Shown here in pieces: positions 29,069 through 38,242 of a stretch of DNA of 64,000 nt. The notes below the pieces were generated by a model, which was not told the origin of the DNA, ran no database searches, and saw nothing but the letters and a program-made list of their open reading frames with translations. The position numbers and the translations under genes were made by a program. The stretch covers positions 133,916 through 197,915 of the forward strand of contig JAPLWK010000010.1 of the NCBI GenBank assembly GCA_026396615.1. Reading direction: 5' to 3'. This stretch comes from a candidate division WWE3 bacterium (GTDB lineage Bacteria; Patescibacteriota; WWE3; JAPLWK01). The number at the start of each line of letters is the position of its first letter. The first letter of the stretch is position 1.

Positions 29069-30192
29069 CCTTTAATTTTATGCTTTGTGAGAGCATCTGT
29101 CACGGCGGATATCTTTGGGACTATAAAGTCAACGAGACGACGAAAGAGACTACTGACTCCCAGTAGAAATGGAATGTAGATAAAAGTGGCTAGGCCGGTG
29201 GGGAGAGTTTTATAAAGAAAATCAAAACGCAGCATGATTGGCCAGTGCAGCAAAAATGTTTCGTAAGAATATTCGCCAAAGATTTTTAAGAATCGACTTT
29301 CAAAATTAATTACAAAAAATAATCCCAAAATACCAATGACTGTTCCCAAACTGCTAAATTGTTCAAGATAAGTAGCGGGGTTTCCGACGTTTGAATGCAC
29401 CGCAAAATAGACAAATATACTTGCGGAAGCTATAGCCAGTAGGACCTTTAAATAGATACTGCTAAATATTTTAGCTGTCCAGTTTTTAAGGGATGTTTGG
29501 GCAAGAGTTGCCAGCAGCATGCCAAGAGGAAAAGCGATAAAATGAATTTTATAAAGTCCCAGAACTTCAAAAGAACTAGGCCAATTAATTATAAGTAGTA
29601 GGAAAATAATCAATAAAGTTATAAATGGGGCCAAAACCTTAACTTTAATTTTCATTACCCATGGGAAAATTAAATAAAAAATTAACAGAAAAGTGAAGTA
29701 CCAAAAGGGCGAATCTAGATTAGCGTATAAATTGGCTTTGGGAAAAAATCCAGAGAAACTACTCACAATTTCATTAGTACTGTAACTTAAATTCAAGAAA
29801 AGCCGTTCCGCAATTATAATAATACCAAGGGCAAACCAGGCCGGAATATATATTTTTAATAGACGCTTTTTATAAAACTCGATTGGCGATAATGGATTTT
29901 TAAGTTGAGAAATTGTGAGGCCGAGTCCCGACAAAACTAAAAATAAATTAACGGCGACACCACCAAAGCCAGAGAGGGGTACTAAAAATCGGTTGTCTGG
30001 TACCAAAAAATAACCAACGTGGGAAAAAATAACCATTAGAATAGCGAGCCCTTTTAACTCTGACACTTTGTTTAAAGAGAGATTTAAGGAGTCAGCTGAT
30101 TTTTTGAATCCCAAGGCCAGGATTAACAAAATGAACAAGCCGCCAAAAATTATCGTCTGGGTTTCGGGGTTACTTGATGTTAAAAAAGGCAC
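29065..30192 (-). CDS. Acyltransferase_3 (OafA-like) membrane acyltransferase
   Basis: LKGLAILMVIFSH, AVNLFLVLSG, FYKKRLLKI, WYF. Confidence 0.88.
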   Translation of the reverse strand: MPFLTSSNPETQTIIFGGLFILLILALGFKKSADSLNLSLNKVSELKGLAILMVIFSHVGYFLVPDNRFLVPLSGFGGVAVNLFLVLSGLGLTISQLKNPLSPIEFYKKRLLKIYIPAWFALGIIIIAERLFLNLSYSTNEIVSSFSGFFPKANLYANLDSPFWYFTFLLIFYLIFPWVMKIKVKVLAPFITLLIIFLLLIINWPSSFEVLGLYKIHFIAFPLGMLLATLAQTSLKNWTAKIFSSIYLKVLLAIASASIFVYFAVHSNVGNPATYLEQFSSLGTVIGILGLFFVINFESRFLKIFGEYSYETFLLHWPIMLRFDFLYKTLPTGLATFIYIPFLLGVSSLFRRLVDFIVPKISAVTDALTKHKIKG

Positions 30193-30231
30193 GTGACTAT
30201 TTTAACATCAGATAGGCCTAAAAAAGCAATA

Positions 30232-30268
30232 CCGAAGATTTGACGAAATAGTAAAGAGCGATCATAAT
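30232..30268 (+). promoter_or_regulatory. rarA promoter with inverted putative LexA box
   Basis: CCGAA-N6-ACGAA (30232-30247, reverse complement of TTCGT-N6-TTCGG) overlaps TTGACG 30240; CATAAT 30263. Confidence 0.7.
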
Positions 30269-30287
30269 AATAGTATCTAGTCTTTTA

Positions 30288-30316
30288 CTGGATTCCGGGT
30301 CAAGCCCGGAATGACA
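30288..30316. repeat. GTCATTCCGG-family palindrome in the rarA leader
   Basis: Exact reverse complement of 12510-12538. Confidence 0.8.
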
Positions 30317-30327
30317 TACTTAAACAT

Positions 30328-31476
30328 ATGGAACCGCTGGCTTTTAAAATTCGTCCTAAAAATTTAAGTGAGTTTGTAGGTCAATCGCATCTGGTTGGCG
30401 AGGGCAAACCGTTACGCGTTGCCATCGCTAATAAACATTTATTTTCTTTTGTACTTTGGGGTCCTCCGGGGGTGGGGAAGACGACTCTGGCTAAGATTTA
30501 CGCCGGAGAAATGGGGGCCAGTCTTTCGGAGTTGTCGGCCGTCTCGGCCGGTAAAGATGATATTCGTAAAATTATCAAAAGTGACGGTCAGAACAAGCCA
30601 AAAGTGCTTTTTTTGGATGAGATTCACCGTTTTAATAAAGCCCAACAGGACTTTCTGCTTCCCTATGTTGAAAGAGGTGAGTTAACACTCATTGGGGCGA
30701 CTACGGAAAATCCCAGTTTTGAAATTATTCCGGCTTTGCTTTCTCGCTGTCGTGTCTTTGTTCTAAACGAACTTAGTAACGATGAAGTGTCACAGATCAT
30801 TGATCGCACGGAGGTAAAACTTCCGACGGACGCCCGGGACTGGTTAATTGGAATGGCTAATGGTGACGCCAGACAGGCGATTACCATGATTGAAAATACT
30901 CTTAAACTTTACGGATCGATCACAGTCGACAACTTGAAGAACACGCTGCAGTCAAAGTTTTTGCGTTTCGATAAGCAAGGCGAAGAACATTACAACACAA
31001 TCAGCTCATATATTAAGAGTATGAGAGCCTCTAATGTTGATGCAGCCTTATACTACCTGGCTAGAATGGTAGATGCAGGGGAAGATCCTTTGTTTATTGC
31101 CAGACGAATGGTGGTGTTTGCTTCGGAAGACATTGGAATGGCCAATGCCTCTGCACTAGGAGTGGCTAATGCAGTCTTTAGAGCTTGTGAGACCATTGGC
31201 TACCCTGAATGCCAAGAAAACCTCGCCCACGGAACTGTGTATCTAGCCAGGGCTCCCAAGGACAGGTCAGCCTACGAAGCCTATATGAAGGCTCTAGGCG
31301 ATGTTAAGCAGTATGGAAATTTGCCAATACCCCTTAATCTAAGGAATGCACCCACAAAGCTTATGAAAGAGATAGGTTATGGGCAAGGTTATAAACCATA
31401 CACAGATGAAAGTTTGTTGCCTGACACATTAAAGGGCAGAAAGTATTATGAAGATATTAAACCAAGAGATAAATAG
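30328..31476 (+). CDS. rarA: Replication-associated recombination protein A (chimeric: 3' part supplied by the integrated element)
   Basis: GPPGVGKT, DEIHRFNKAQQD, GATTENPSF, ASEDIG, MgsA C-terminal domain. Confidence 0.95.
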   Translation: MEPLAFKIRPKNLSEFVGQSHLVGEGKPLRVAIANKHLFSFVLWGPPGVGKTTLAKIYAGEMGASLSELSAVSAGKDDIRKIIKSDGQNKPKVLFLDEIHRFNKAQQDFLLPYVERGELTLIGATTENPSFEIIPALLSRCRVFVLNELSNDEVSQIIDRTEVKLPTDARDWLIGMANGDARQAITMIENTLKLYGSITVDNLKNTLQSKFLRFDKQGEEHYNTISSYIKSMRASNVDAALYYLARMVDAGEDPLFIARRMVVFASEDIGMANASALGVANAVFRACETIGYPECQENLAHGTVYLARAPKDRSAYEAYMKALGDVKQYGNLPIPLNLRNAPTKLMKEIGYGQGYKPYTDESLLPDTLKGRKYYEDIKPRDK

Positions 31477-32719
31477 CATTAGTTTTGATGATGTAGTAGC
31501 CAGTTGTCAGGAAAAACAGCCTGAGGGGATAGAACTGGACTACAAGAAAGATTTTCCAGATAAAGACTTATCAAGGCTTATTGCAGCCTTTTCTAACACC
31601 CGTGGTGGTTTAATTATCATTGGTGTTACTGAAGATAAGCAAACTGGTTTTCCATCATCTTGGGATGGTATATCCGATGACGCTGGGCTTATTGAGAAAA
31701 CTAACCAACTTGCCTTAGCTGTATCACCACTTCCAGATTTTAAGGTTAGGAAAACAGACGAAAAGAATGGTAAAGTTTTCATCCTTATTAAGGTTTACGA
31801 GGGGGATGCCACGCCGTACTTTGTTAAGAATGACTCGAATGTGTGGACGAGAACAGGAAATATCAGAAATCTTGTGGATATAGCGTCTCCTGAATGGCTT
31901 GATTTGCTTTATAGAAAGAGAGATAGGTCTGAGAAAGCCAGAAGGAATTACATTACTATTGCAGATGAGGTTTTTAAGCACGGACTAGCACTAGAGGAAA
32001 AGCTAAGAATTCGCCTGGTCGAAGAGGCTAAACTAAAAGGCGATGGTAGCGAAAATAACTATTATCTGAAGAAGCTAGGCACAGATACGGAGATTTTTAC
32101 AATTACAATACTTCCTAATTATCCTAGAAGTGCCAAAGTGACACCCAGGGACATATTAGAGAATGCAAACATATTTCGTTGTACTACTGATTTCACTGAG
32201 TTTCCTAAACAAAACCTAAGACCAATCCCTGATGGTGTTATGGCAACCAGCCACTCATTTCGTGGAGATATCGGATGTAATCAGATATATGCCACCGGAC
32301 TTTTGTACAACTGCTTTGATGTGTTGGCACAAAATAGAGAAACAGGAAAGTCAGTGATTTATATTTCGCACATTATTGGAGGGTTATTTACTACTCTAAA
32401 ATCTGCCAAGCTTTTTTACAACTACATTGGGTACCAAGGCGTATTAAAGATAAATTTAACTCTTAATCTAAATTCGAAGGACGTCAATTTCTATCGTCTT
32501 ACAGGGAACGATCCATTCCATTGGAATGCGGAGGAGCAAGCTTTGCTACCAAACTATACTTGGGAATTTACCTTAAATACAGCTGAATTAAATGATATTA
32601 ACGAGGCTTTTGGTAAGTTTTTCGAGATGGTGGATGAAATTCACTGGAACCTAGGATTTAAGACTGTTTCTGTTGAATTAGTTAAAGACTTTATGAAGAA
32701 AAATAGGTTAGTATTTTAA
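31448..32719 (+). CDS. AlbA_2/Schlafen domain protein
   Basis: EGIELDYK and IAAFSNTRGGLIIIGV N-terminal motifs. Confidence 0.85.
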   Translation: MKILNQEINSISFDDVVASCQEKQPEGIELDYKKDFPDKDLSRLIAAFSNTRGGLIIIGVTEDKQTGFPSSWDGISDDAGLIEKTNQLALAVSPLPDFKVRKTDEKNGKVFILIKVYEGDATPYFVKNDSNVWTRTGNIRNLVDIASPEWLDLLYRKRDRSEKARRNYITIADEVFKHGLALEEKLRIRLVEEAKLKGDGSENNYYLKKLGTDTEIFTITILPNYPRSAKVTPRDILENANIFRCTTDFTEFPKQNLRPIPDGVMATSHSFRGDIGCNQIYATGLLYNCFDVLAQNRETGKSVIYISHIIGGLFTTLKSAKLFYNYIGYQGVLKINLTLNLNSKDVNFYRLTGNDPFHWNAEEQALLPNYTWEFTLNTAELNDINEAFGKFFEMVDEIHWNLGFKTVSVELVKDFMKKNRLVF

Positions 32720-32802
32720 TCTTCCTTGCATAAATCCCTAGCCTTTAGGTTATAAATAAAACGACAAGGAGAAGCTACAAGCTTTTTATCTGTTAGTAGG
32801 AC

Positions 32803-33258
32803 TTAGGTCTTAGGAGAGTTTCGCCAATCAGCGATTAATTTCAACAGGAAGTTGCCTATTATAGGTGCTAATTCTTTTGTCTCGTCATAAGTTGGCTCTT
32901 CTTGCTTTAGGTTCCAAAGTACCCATAAACCTATTGTAGTGGCTACCATTTCCTCTTTCCCTTTATTCTTGTTCGTAAAAGAAATGAAGTCGTCAATTGC
33001 TCTAGGAATGTCTTTGTTAATTTCTGATGCTCTGCCTAGTACTTTTTCGTGCTCTCCTTTGTAGGTTTCGTCAGAAGTTAAAACAAGTCCTGAACCAGCT
33101 GCTGTCATAAAGAAATCCCAGTCATCAGCAGGACGTTTGCTTTTACTTTTATTTAGAATGTCCTTCAATATTGGGTATTTATCTATTAAAGGAACCAACA
33201 ACGTAATTGAGGAGACATGGATTGCGTCAACAATAGATACTATTTCTTCACCTGACAT
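32803..33258 (-). CDS. Hypothetical protein
   Basis: 151-aa ORF with a TATCAT-like -10 close upstream. Confidence 0.65.
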   Translation of the reverse strand: MSGEEIVSIVDAIHVSSITLLVPLIDKYPILKDILNKSKSKRPADDWDFFMTAAGSGLVLTSDETYKGEHEKVLGRASEINKDIPRAIDDFISFTNKNKGKEEMVATTIGLWVLWNLKQEEPTYDETKELAPIIGNFLLKLIADWRNSPKT

Positions 33259-33412
33259 ACTAAAATGATACTTTTCTTAGTTAAACTTGTAAACCCTTAA
33301 CTTTAGAAGGTTATCAGTTGGGGGGGAGCTTTACTGTTATGTTTGGGACCCGAGTCCCAAACTTACCACCTGCTAGTGTTAAATCTGGCAAATAGACATG
33401 CTGGTTTACCCT

Positions 33413-33631
33413 TTACAGGGTGGAGAAGAACTCAGATAAAGTCACACCCAAACCTTTGGACACTTTTTCTATATTTTTCAAGGAAATGTTTTTCTCACCA
33501 CGTTCTACTGCTCCTATGTAGGTGTAGTGCAAGTGTGATCTATCCGCTAAACCCTCTTGTGTTAAGCCTTTTAGCTTCCTAAGTTGCTTAATTCTATTTC
33601 CAAATCTGTCTAGTATTTTACTTACAGGCAT
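33413..33631 (-). CDS. XRE-family HTH regulator (resembles RM controller C proteins)
   Basis: FGNRIKQLRKLKGLTQEGLA...YIGAVERGEKNISLKNI. Confidence 0.9.
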   Translation of the reverse strand: MPVSKILDRFGNRIKQLRKLKGLTQEGLADRSHLHYTYIGAVERGEKNISLKNIEKVSKGLGVTLSEFFSTL

Positions 33632-33751
33632 ATAAAAATGATTGCTATTACAATTAAAGGTTATTTGGATAATGCCAATGTATCCAGAGTCGAAGAATAG
33701 TAATTATGTTATAATGTGGTTATAGGTAAGCATTTCGTAGTTTAGATACAT

Positions 33752-34837
33752 ATGAAACTTGTTGAGAGGTTAAAAACTGATAGAAAGTTTTTACTGGCTG
33801 TTATCTGTGTCTTTTTAGCAATCTTACTTATCCCCTATTTAACGCTACCCTGTTTAGTTATCTGGTGGTTTTATAAGAAATCAAAAATATCAAAAAGAAC
33901 AAAGATCATTACTACAGCTGGTTTTGGCTGTATTTTCGCACTACTGGGGGCCTGGATGTCTATATCCTACTCAAAGGATGCAGAACCTCACCTACAATTA
34001 TTAAGCCCTGCCTTAATTTCTACTGTTCAAGCAGACAAAGTTGTTATTAAGGGTACTTACGAGCCAGCTGATAGGAAGATTTGGATAAACGACACTGAAG
34101 TAACAGCATCTAATGGGAGCTTTGAATATACCTATCCCCTAAAAATGGGAGAAAACAAGGTTGAAGTTAAAGCTGGTGATTGGAAAAGAGCCTCAGTTAG
34201 TCTAGTAATTACCAGAGAGATTTCAGCCGAGGAAAAAACACGACAGGAGGCAACTAATAGAAAAGTGACAGAAGAAGCTACAAAGTCCACTGTTGCACCA
34301 ACACCAAAACCTACGCCATCAGCGAGTCCCACTGTTGCCACACCCAAAGCAAGTCCAGAGCCTACAAAAACACTCACCCCAGTAGTAACTCATTCTTCCA
34401 TTATGGATCAGCTTTGGACTGCACTTGATGATTCTATTAAAACCAGAAAAGGCTACGATATTCAGTATGAAGATATAGATAAAAGGGTCACAGTTACTCA
34501 AACAGGCAGTACTTTTTGGGATGAAACAGGTACTGTGCGGGGTGGTTACTCAACCTTAGTTGCATATGGATCTAAAGCCTTCAAAATATCTGGGGTTGAT
34601 GTCGTAAAGGTAGTTATTAGGGGTGAATTCACTGATACTTATGGGAAAGATAGTACAGAGGATGCTATGCGTATATCTATGGCAAAAACAGAGTTTGATA
34701 AATATGATTGGGGCAATCTAATATACCAGCCTATTTATACGCAAATGGAGAACTCCACAATTGAGTATTACATTCATCCTGCAATTTTGAAAAATGTTAA
34801 GTTAAAAGACCTTTATCTTTCGCCTTTAGTCTCCTAA
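33752..34837 (+). CDS. Membrane-anchored extracellular protein (Ig-like, PT-rich linker, C-terminal DxYG domain)
   Basis: N-terminal TMs, NGSFEY...LKMGEN Ig-like segment, TPKPTPSASPT linker. Confidence 0.7.
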   Translation: MKLVERLKTDRKFLLAVICVFLAILLIPYLTLPCLVIWWFYKKSKISKRTKIITTAGFGCIFALLGAWMSISYSKDAEPHLQLLSPALISTVQADKVVIKGTYEPADRKIWINDTEVTASNGSFEYTYPLKMGENKVEVKAGDWKRASVSLVITREISAEEKTRQEATNRKVTEEATKSTVAPTPKPTPSASPTVATPKASPEPTKTLTPVVTHSSIMDQLWTALDDSIKTRKGYDIQYEDIDKRVTVTQTGSTFWDETGTVRGGYSTLVAYGSKAFKISGVDVVKVVIRGEFTDTYGKDSTEDAMRISMAKTEFDKYDWGNLIYQPIYTQMENSTIEYYIHPAILKNVKLKDLYLSPLVS

Positions 34838-34978
34838 ACAGCACTTTTCGTGGGAAGCATTAGCATTAGCCTAGAGGTAATAGGCCCATTGTTGGGAACA
34901 AAGAGTTAAGAAAGCACAACGTAGAAATAAAAACTTTAAATGATGAAATAACAAAGAAAAAAAAGAGGTGATAATTAA

Positions 34979-35602
34979 ATGAAAAAATTACTAAAATGGG
35001 GTGTAATTGCAATAGGGGGATTTTTTGTACTGTGCTTAATTGTTGGTTTAACTACAGGAGACAAGAAGGGTGCCAGTACTAATAACGCCCTTCAAAAGGG
35101 AATGGAACAAGCCAAACAAACCCTTGAGAGCAGTGAAACTCCAGTGCAAGAAACTAGTCAAGCAAAGCAAGTCGCTAATACTAGTGGTACTGTGGCACAA
35201 CAAATAGAAGCAAAAGTGCGAGCATCCATATCAGGTAGTAATAAATTCAAGGACGTTCAAGTAACAGATTTCACTAAACTTGGTGAGGGTTACAACGTGT
35301 TTGTAACAATCAACGTTGACGATAACTTAACAACTGGCTTCATTTCCAAAGGGATTTGGCAAGATATGTCTAATATTTATACAGCTTTGTATAAAGTGCC
35401 AATGAACATAGATACAGTCATAATTTTTGCTGATATGAACACTGTTGATAAATATGGGAAAACGAATAACGAAACTGTGATGAAAACTAGATTGACTAAA
35501 GCTGAGGCGCAAAAAGTGAATTGGAATTATGCTCCCAAATCAACACTTGATTTGCAAATATTACCCAATGTTTGGGAAACTGTTCTTGACATGTTTAAGT
35601 AA
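34979..35602 (+). CDS. Membrane-anchored protein sharing the C-terminal domain of the upstream ORF
   Basis: GAGGTG RBS, N-terminal TM, TVDKYGK...KAEAQKVNW. Confidence 0.7.
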   Translation: MKKLLKWGVIAIGGFFVLCLIVGLTTGDKKGASTNNALQKGMEQAKQTLESSETPVQETSQAKQVANTSGTVAQQIEAKVRASISGSNKFKDVQVTDFTKLGEGYNVFVTINVDDNLTTGFISKGIWQDMSNIYTALYKVPMNIDTVIIFADMNTVDKYGKTNNETVMKTRLTKAEAQKVNWNYAPKSTLDLQILPNVWETVLDMFK

Positions 35603-35616
35603 GCTAATCCACTAAC

Positions 35617-35643
35617 AAAAGCCTCCTGAATAAGGGGGCTTTT
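35617..35643. terminator. Intrinsic terminator (bidirectional-looking)
   Basis: aaaagcctcc-tgaataa-gggggctttt. Confidence 0.75.
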
Positions 35644-35914
35644 CTGTTGTCTAAGTAGTTCAGTAGGCGCTGGTTAGGTATAAGAAACTGTAGTTAGTTA
35701 TAAATTCATCACTTAATAACAAAAACGAATCTCTACGAGTGCTACAGAGGCTTCTAGGCATAGTCTAGTAGTTCAAATTTCTAAAAATAGCAGGGGTATA
35801 TCGCCTAGAGGATCCTTAGGGCAAAGTGTAGAGAAATGCTGTAACGACAACTAATTGTGTACATAGGGAATGATACAAATTATAATCAAATAATTATAAA
35901 TATTGTAAATTAGT

Positions 35915-36295
35915 ATGAATTCGATAAGCACGATAGGACACTCTAACTATAGTCTTACGTTTTTCGTTGAAGCGCTTGTAAAATACGATATTGAGGTGCT
36001 TATAGACGTACGTTCTATTCCTTACTCCAAAAGAAACCCTCAGTTTAATCGAGAGAGTTTGGCTGCAGTGCTTCCCAATCATAAAATTACATATCTCTTT
36101 AGAGGCCACAATTTAGGTGGACTATATGAGAACGTTAATTTTATTGAAACAATTGATGAATTGCTTAAACTTTCCGAAGACAGAAAGGTTGTTCTGATGT
36201 GCAGTGAAGGCGACTACCACAAGTGCCACAGGTACCTGATTTTAACTCCAGCACTAGAAGCCAAAGGAGTAAAAGTCAAACACATTACACCGTAA
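35915..36295 (+). CDS. DUF488 family protein
   Basis: TIGHSN, LIDVRSIPYS, LMCSE, CHR motifs. Confidence 0.9.
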   Translation: MNSISTIGHSNYSLTFFVEALVKYDIEVLIDVRSIPYSKRNPQFNRESLAAVLPNHKITYLFRGHNLGGLYENVNFIETIDELLKLSEDRKVVLMCSEGDYHKCHRYLILTPALEAKGVKVKHITP

Positions 36296-36332
36296 GAATA
36301 AGTAAGTATAATTAAGACATTAAAAATGCATT

Positions 36333-37226
36333 ATGAAAAAGATAATTCCAGTTCTTGAGGATTCGAAGCCAAAGAGTTTTGGCAATAACAATGACCCTTA
36401 CACTTTCTTGGCAGAGTTTTGCGAATTAAATACAGAAAGTTGGCAGAAGATTGAGAATTTCTCAAAAAGATGGGATGTTTATATTGACGTAGTTGCTAAA
36501 TATACCCCAAAACAACGTGATATTAAAGAAAGATTCTCACAGGCTAAGGAAAAATATGAGTCGTTAATCAATAAGGTTAGAGGTTTAGACTATACGTATG
36601 CCAACTATTCAGAGTTGGAAGAACTAAATAAAGATTTATCAGAAATTAAAGTTGCTGTTATATCAGAAAATCCTGGATTTGGTAAATTGTTTAACTACCT
36701 GCCAGTCTTTTGTAACTCGGACACTCTCGAAACCCGTTTTACCAGTATAGAAATTCTAGGACACCCTGAAATATCTCCTAAGGCTGCCAAAATAAAAATT
36801 CTAATTGAACCTACAAATCAAAGGAATTGGGTGCCCATACGAAAAAAACTAGACAGCAAACTCGTTAAGGATATATTGACACAAATAAATTATCCACTAG
36901 ACGAAAAGTTTTTGCATCAGTGGGTAGTTGCGTCTACGAAATTGATTGGCCCTCGCATTCGCTACGAAGCTACTCTTAAACTAGGAGAGCCGAGTGAACT
37001 TCTTGTATACGCACCAAATACTCTTAGAGGAATGCATACATCAGGATGTGGCATCGAAAGTATAGTTGCTCAAAATATATGGCGTGTTTTATTTGGTAAA
37101 AACGACAAAATAAGATTATGCCGAGTTTGTGGTAGACCTGCGTCCCGACCTAACAGTAAAACCTGCAAACAAGCTATCTGTAGGAATAGGTTCAGGAGTT
37201 TAAGAAATAGGAAAATTTACGTGTAG
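36333..37226 (+). CDS. Hypothetical protein with C-terminal CGNR-like zinc finger
   Basis: IRLCRVCG...KTCKQAICRNR. Confidence 0.6.
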   Translation: MKKIIPVLEDSKPKSFGNNNDPYTFLAEFCELNTESWQKIENFSKRWDVYIDVVAKYTPKQRDIKERFSQAKEKYESLINKVRGLDYTYANYSELEELNKDLSEIKVAVISENPGFGKLFNYLPVFCNSDTLETRFTSIEILGHPEISPKAAKIKILIEPTNQRNWVPIRKKLDSKLVKDILTQINYPLDEKFLHQWVVASTKLIGPRIRYEATLKLGEPSELLVYAPNTLRGMHTSGCGIESIVAQNIWRVLFGKNDKIRLCRVCGRPASRPNSKTCKQAICRNRFRSLRNRKIYV

Positions 37227-37280
37227 GGTTTCGTGACAGATTTTCGTATTCAAAAATTGATTTCGTAAGATGTTTGCATA

Positions 37281-37604
37281 ATGAAAGATGCAAACAGATT
37301 TACAACAAAAGACCTCCATCTCTCCGCATTTTTAGTCGTATCCTTTTTAAAAGTTATAGAGATTGTCCCCGATAATTTATCGGGTGAGTCTTGGTTTATA
37401 TTTGAAGATTGCGATAAATGCAACGCTTTGGAGAAGAACTACTGGAGTCAGATAGCACAAGTTGAGCCAATCGCATACATAAATGCAATTAAGACATTAA
37501 AGCAACGGATACTGCGTTACAACGCTAGTCCGAGCATTCGGGGGGGTCTGAGGAAACGAACGACGACGGGGCAACGGCGAAGCAAACTGGGAATTAATTT
37601 ATAA
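37281..37604 (+). CDS. DUF5659-like phage/MGE protein
   Basis: FTTKDLHLSAFL...WFIF...VEPIAY...LKQRI pattern. Confidence 0.65.
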   Translation: MKDANRFTTKDLHLSAFLVVSFLKVIEIVPDNLSGESWFIFEDCDKCNALEKNYWSQIAQVEPIAYINAIKTLKQRILRYNASPSIRGGLRKRTTTGQRRSKLGINL

Positions 37605-37814
37605 CAAAAATAAGTGGAACGAGGGGTGTAGGTTAAAAGCTCTTAACCCTCGAAACCCTGCGGAGGCTAAGGCATCCTCAGGAGAGATAGAGCGAAGGGT
37701 ACGCAGAGGTAAAAACTGATAAACGTATCCACTGAAAATCCCTTGGGGGGTTTGGGGGGCCAATGAGAAAATACGATCGCCTCAGGAGGCTCAGCTCGCT
37801 CTGGGAATAAATAT

Positions 37815-38006
37815 ATGACTTCATTTAATAAATTTTTAACTATGGAGGTTACGAAAATATCAATTGGTAAAGATAAGCTTATTTATTTTACAGTTAAGCA
37901 CCCCGTGTCAACAAACTGGCCAAGCTTTACTTTCAAATGGCAGGATATCGAGAAGAATGAGCAACTTAAAAACATTTTTGACTCACTAATAAAATATGAA
38001 ATCTAA
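37815..38006 (+). CDS. Small hypothetical protein
   Basis: 63-aa ORF in the element. Confidence 0.45.
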   Translation: MTSFNKFLTMEVTKISIGKDKLIYFTVKHPVSTNWPSFTFKWQDIEKNEQLKNIFDSLIKYEI

Positions 38007-38139
38007 AATGAAAAAGAATATCAAAATTGTAGTTTCATCGAATCTAAACAATCTGACGCCAAGGCAGAAAAGTAATGCGCGTAAAGCAGTTGGTATTTTT
38101 ATGTCAAAAGTGTTAAATAACGTTGCTGTGACAACATAA
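37996..38139 (+). CDS. Small basic hypothetical protein (47 aa) upstream of the recombinase
   Basis: ATG overlaps the end of the previous ORF; MKSKMKKNIKIVVSSNLNNLTPRQKSNARKAVGIFMSKVLNNVAVTT. Confidence 0.4.
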   Translation: MKSKMKKNIKIVVSSNLNNLTPRQKSNARKAVGIFMSKVLNNVAVTT

Positions 38140-38242
38140 ACCCTTGCATTAGGGGGTAAAAAAGTTAGAATAAAAGTATACAAAACAAAAACCAGAGACA
38201 CCCTTGCGAGATGAAGCTCTGGTTTTGAACACGGTAAGTGTT

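Noticed and set aside
37229-37266. TTTCGT repeats as a LexA box inside the element
   Set aside because: Spacings are 13 and 19 nt, not the 11-nt period seen at lexA, rarA and dinB.
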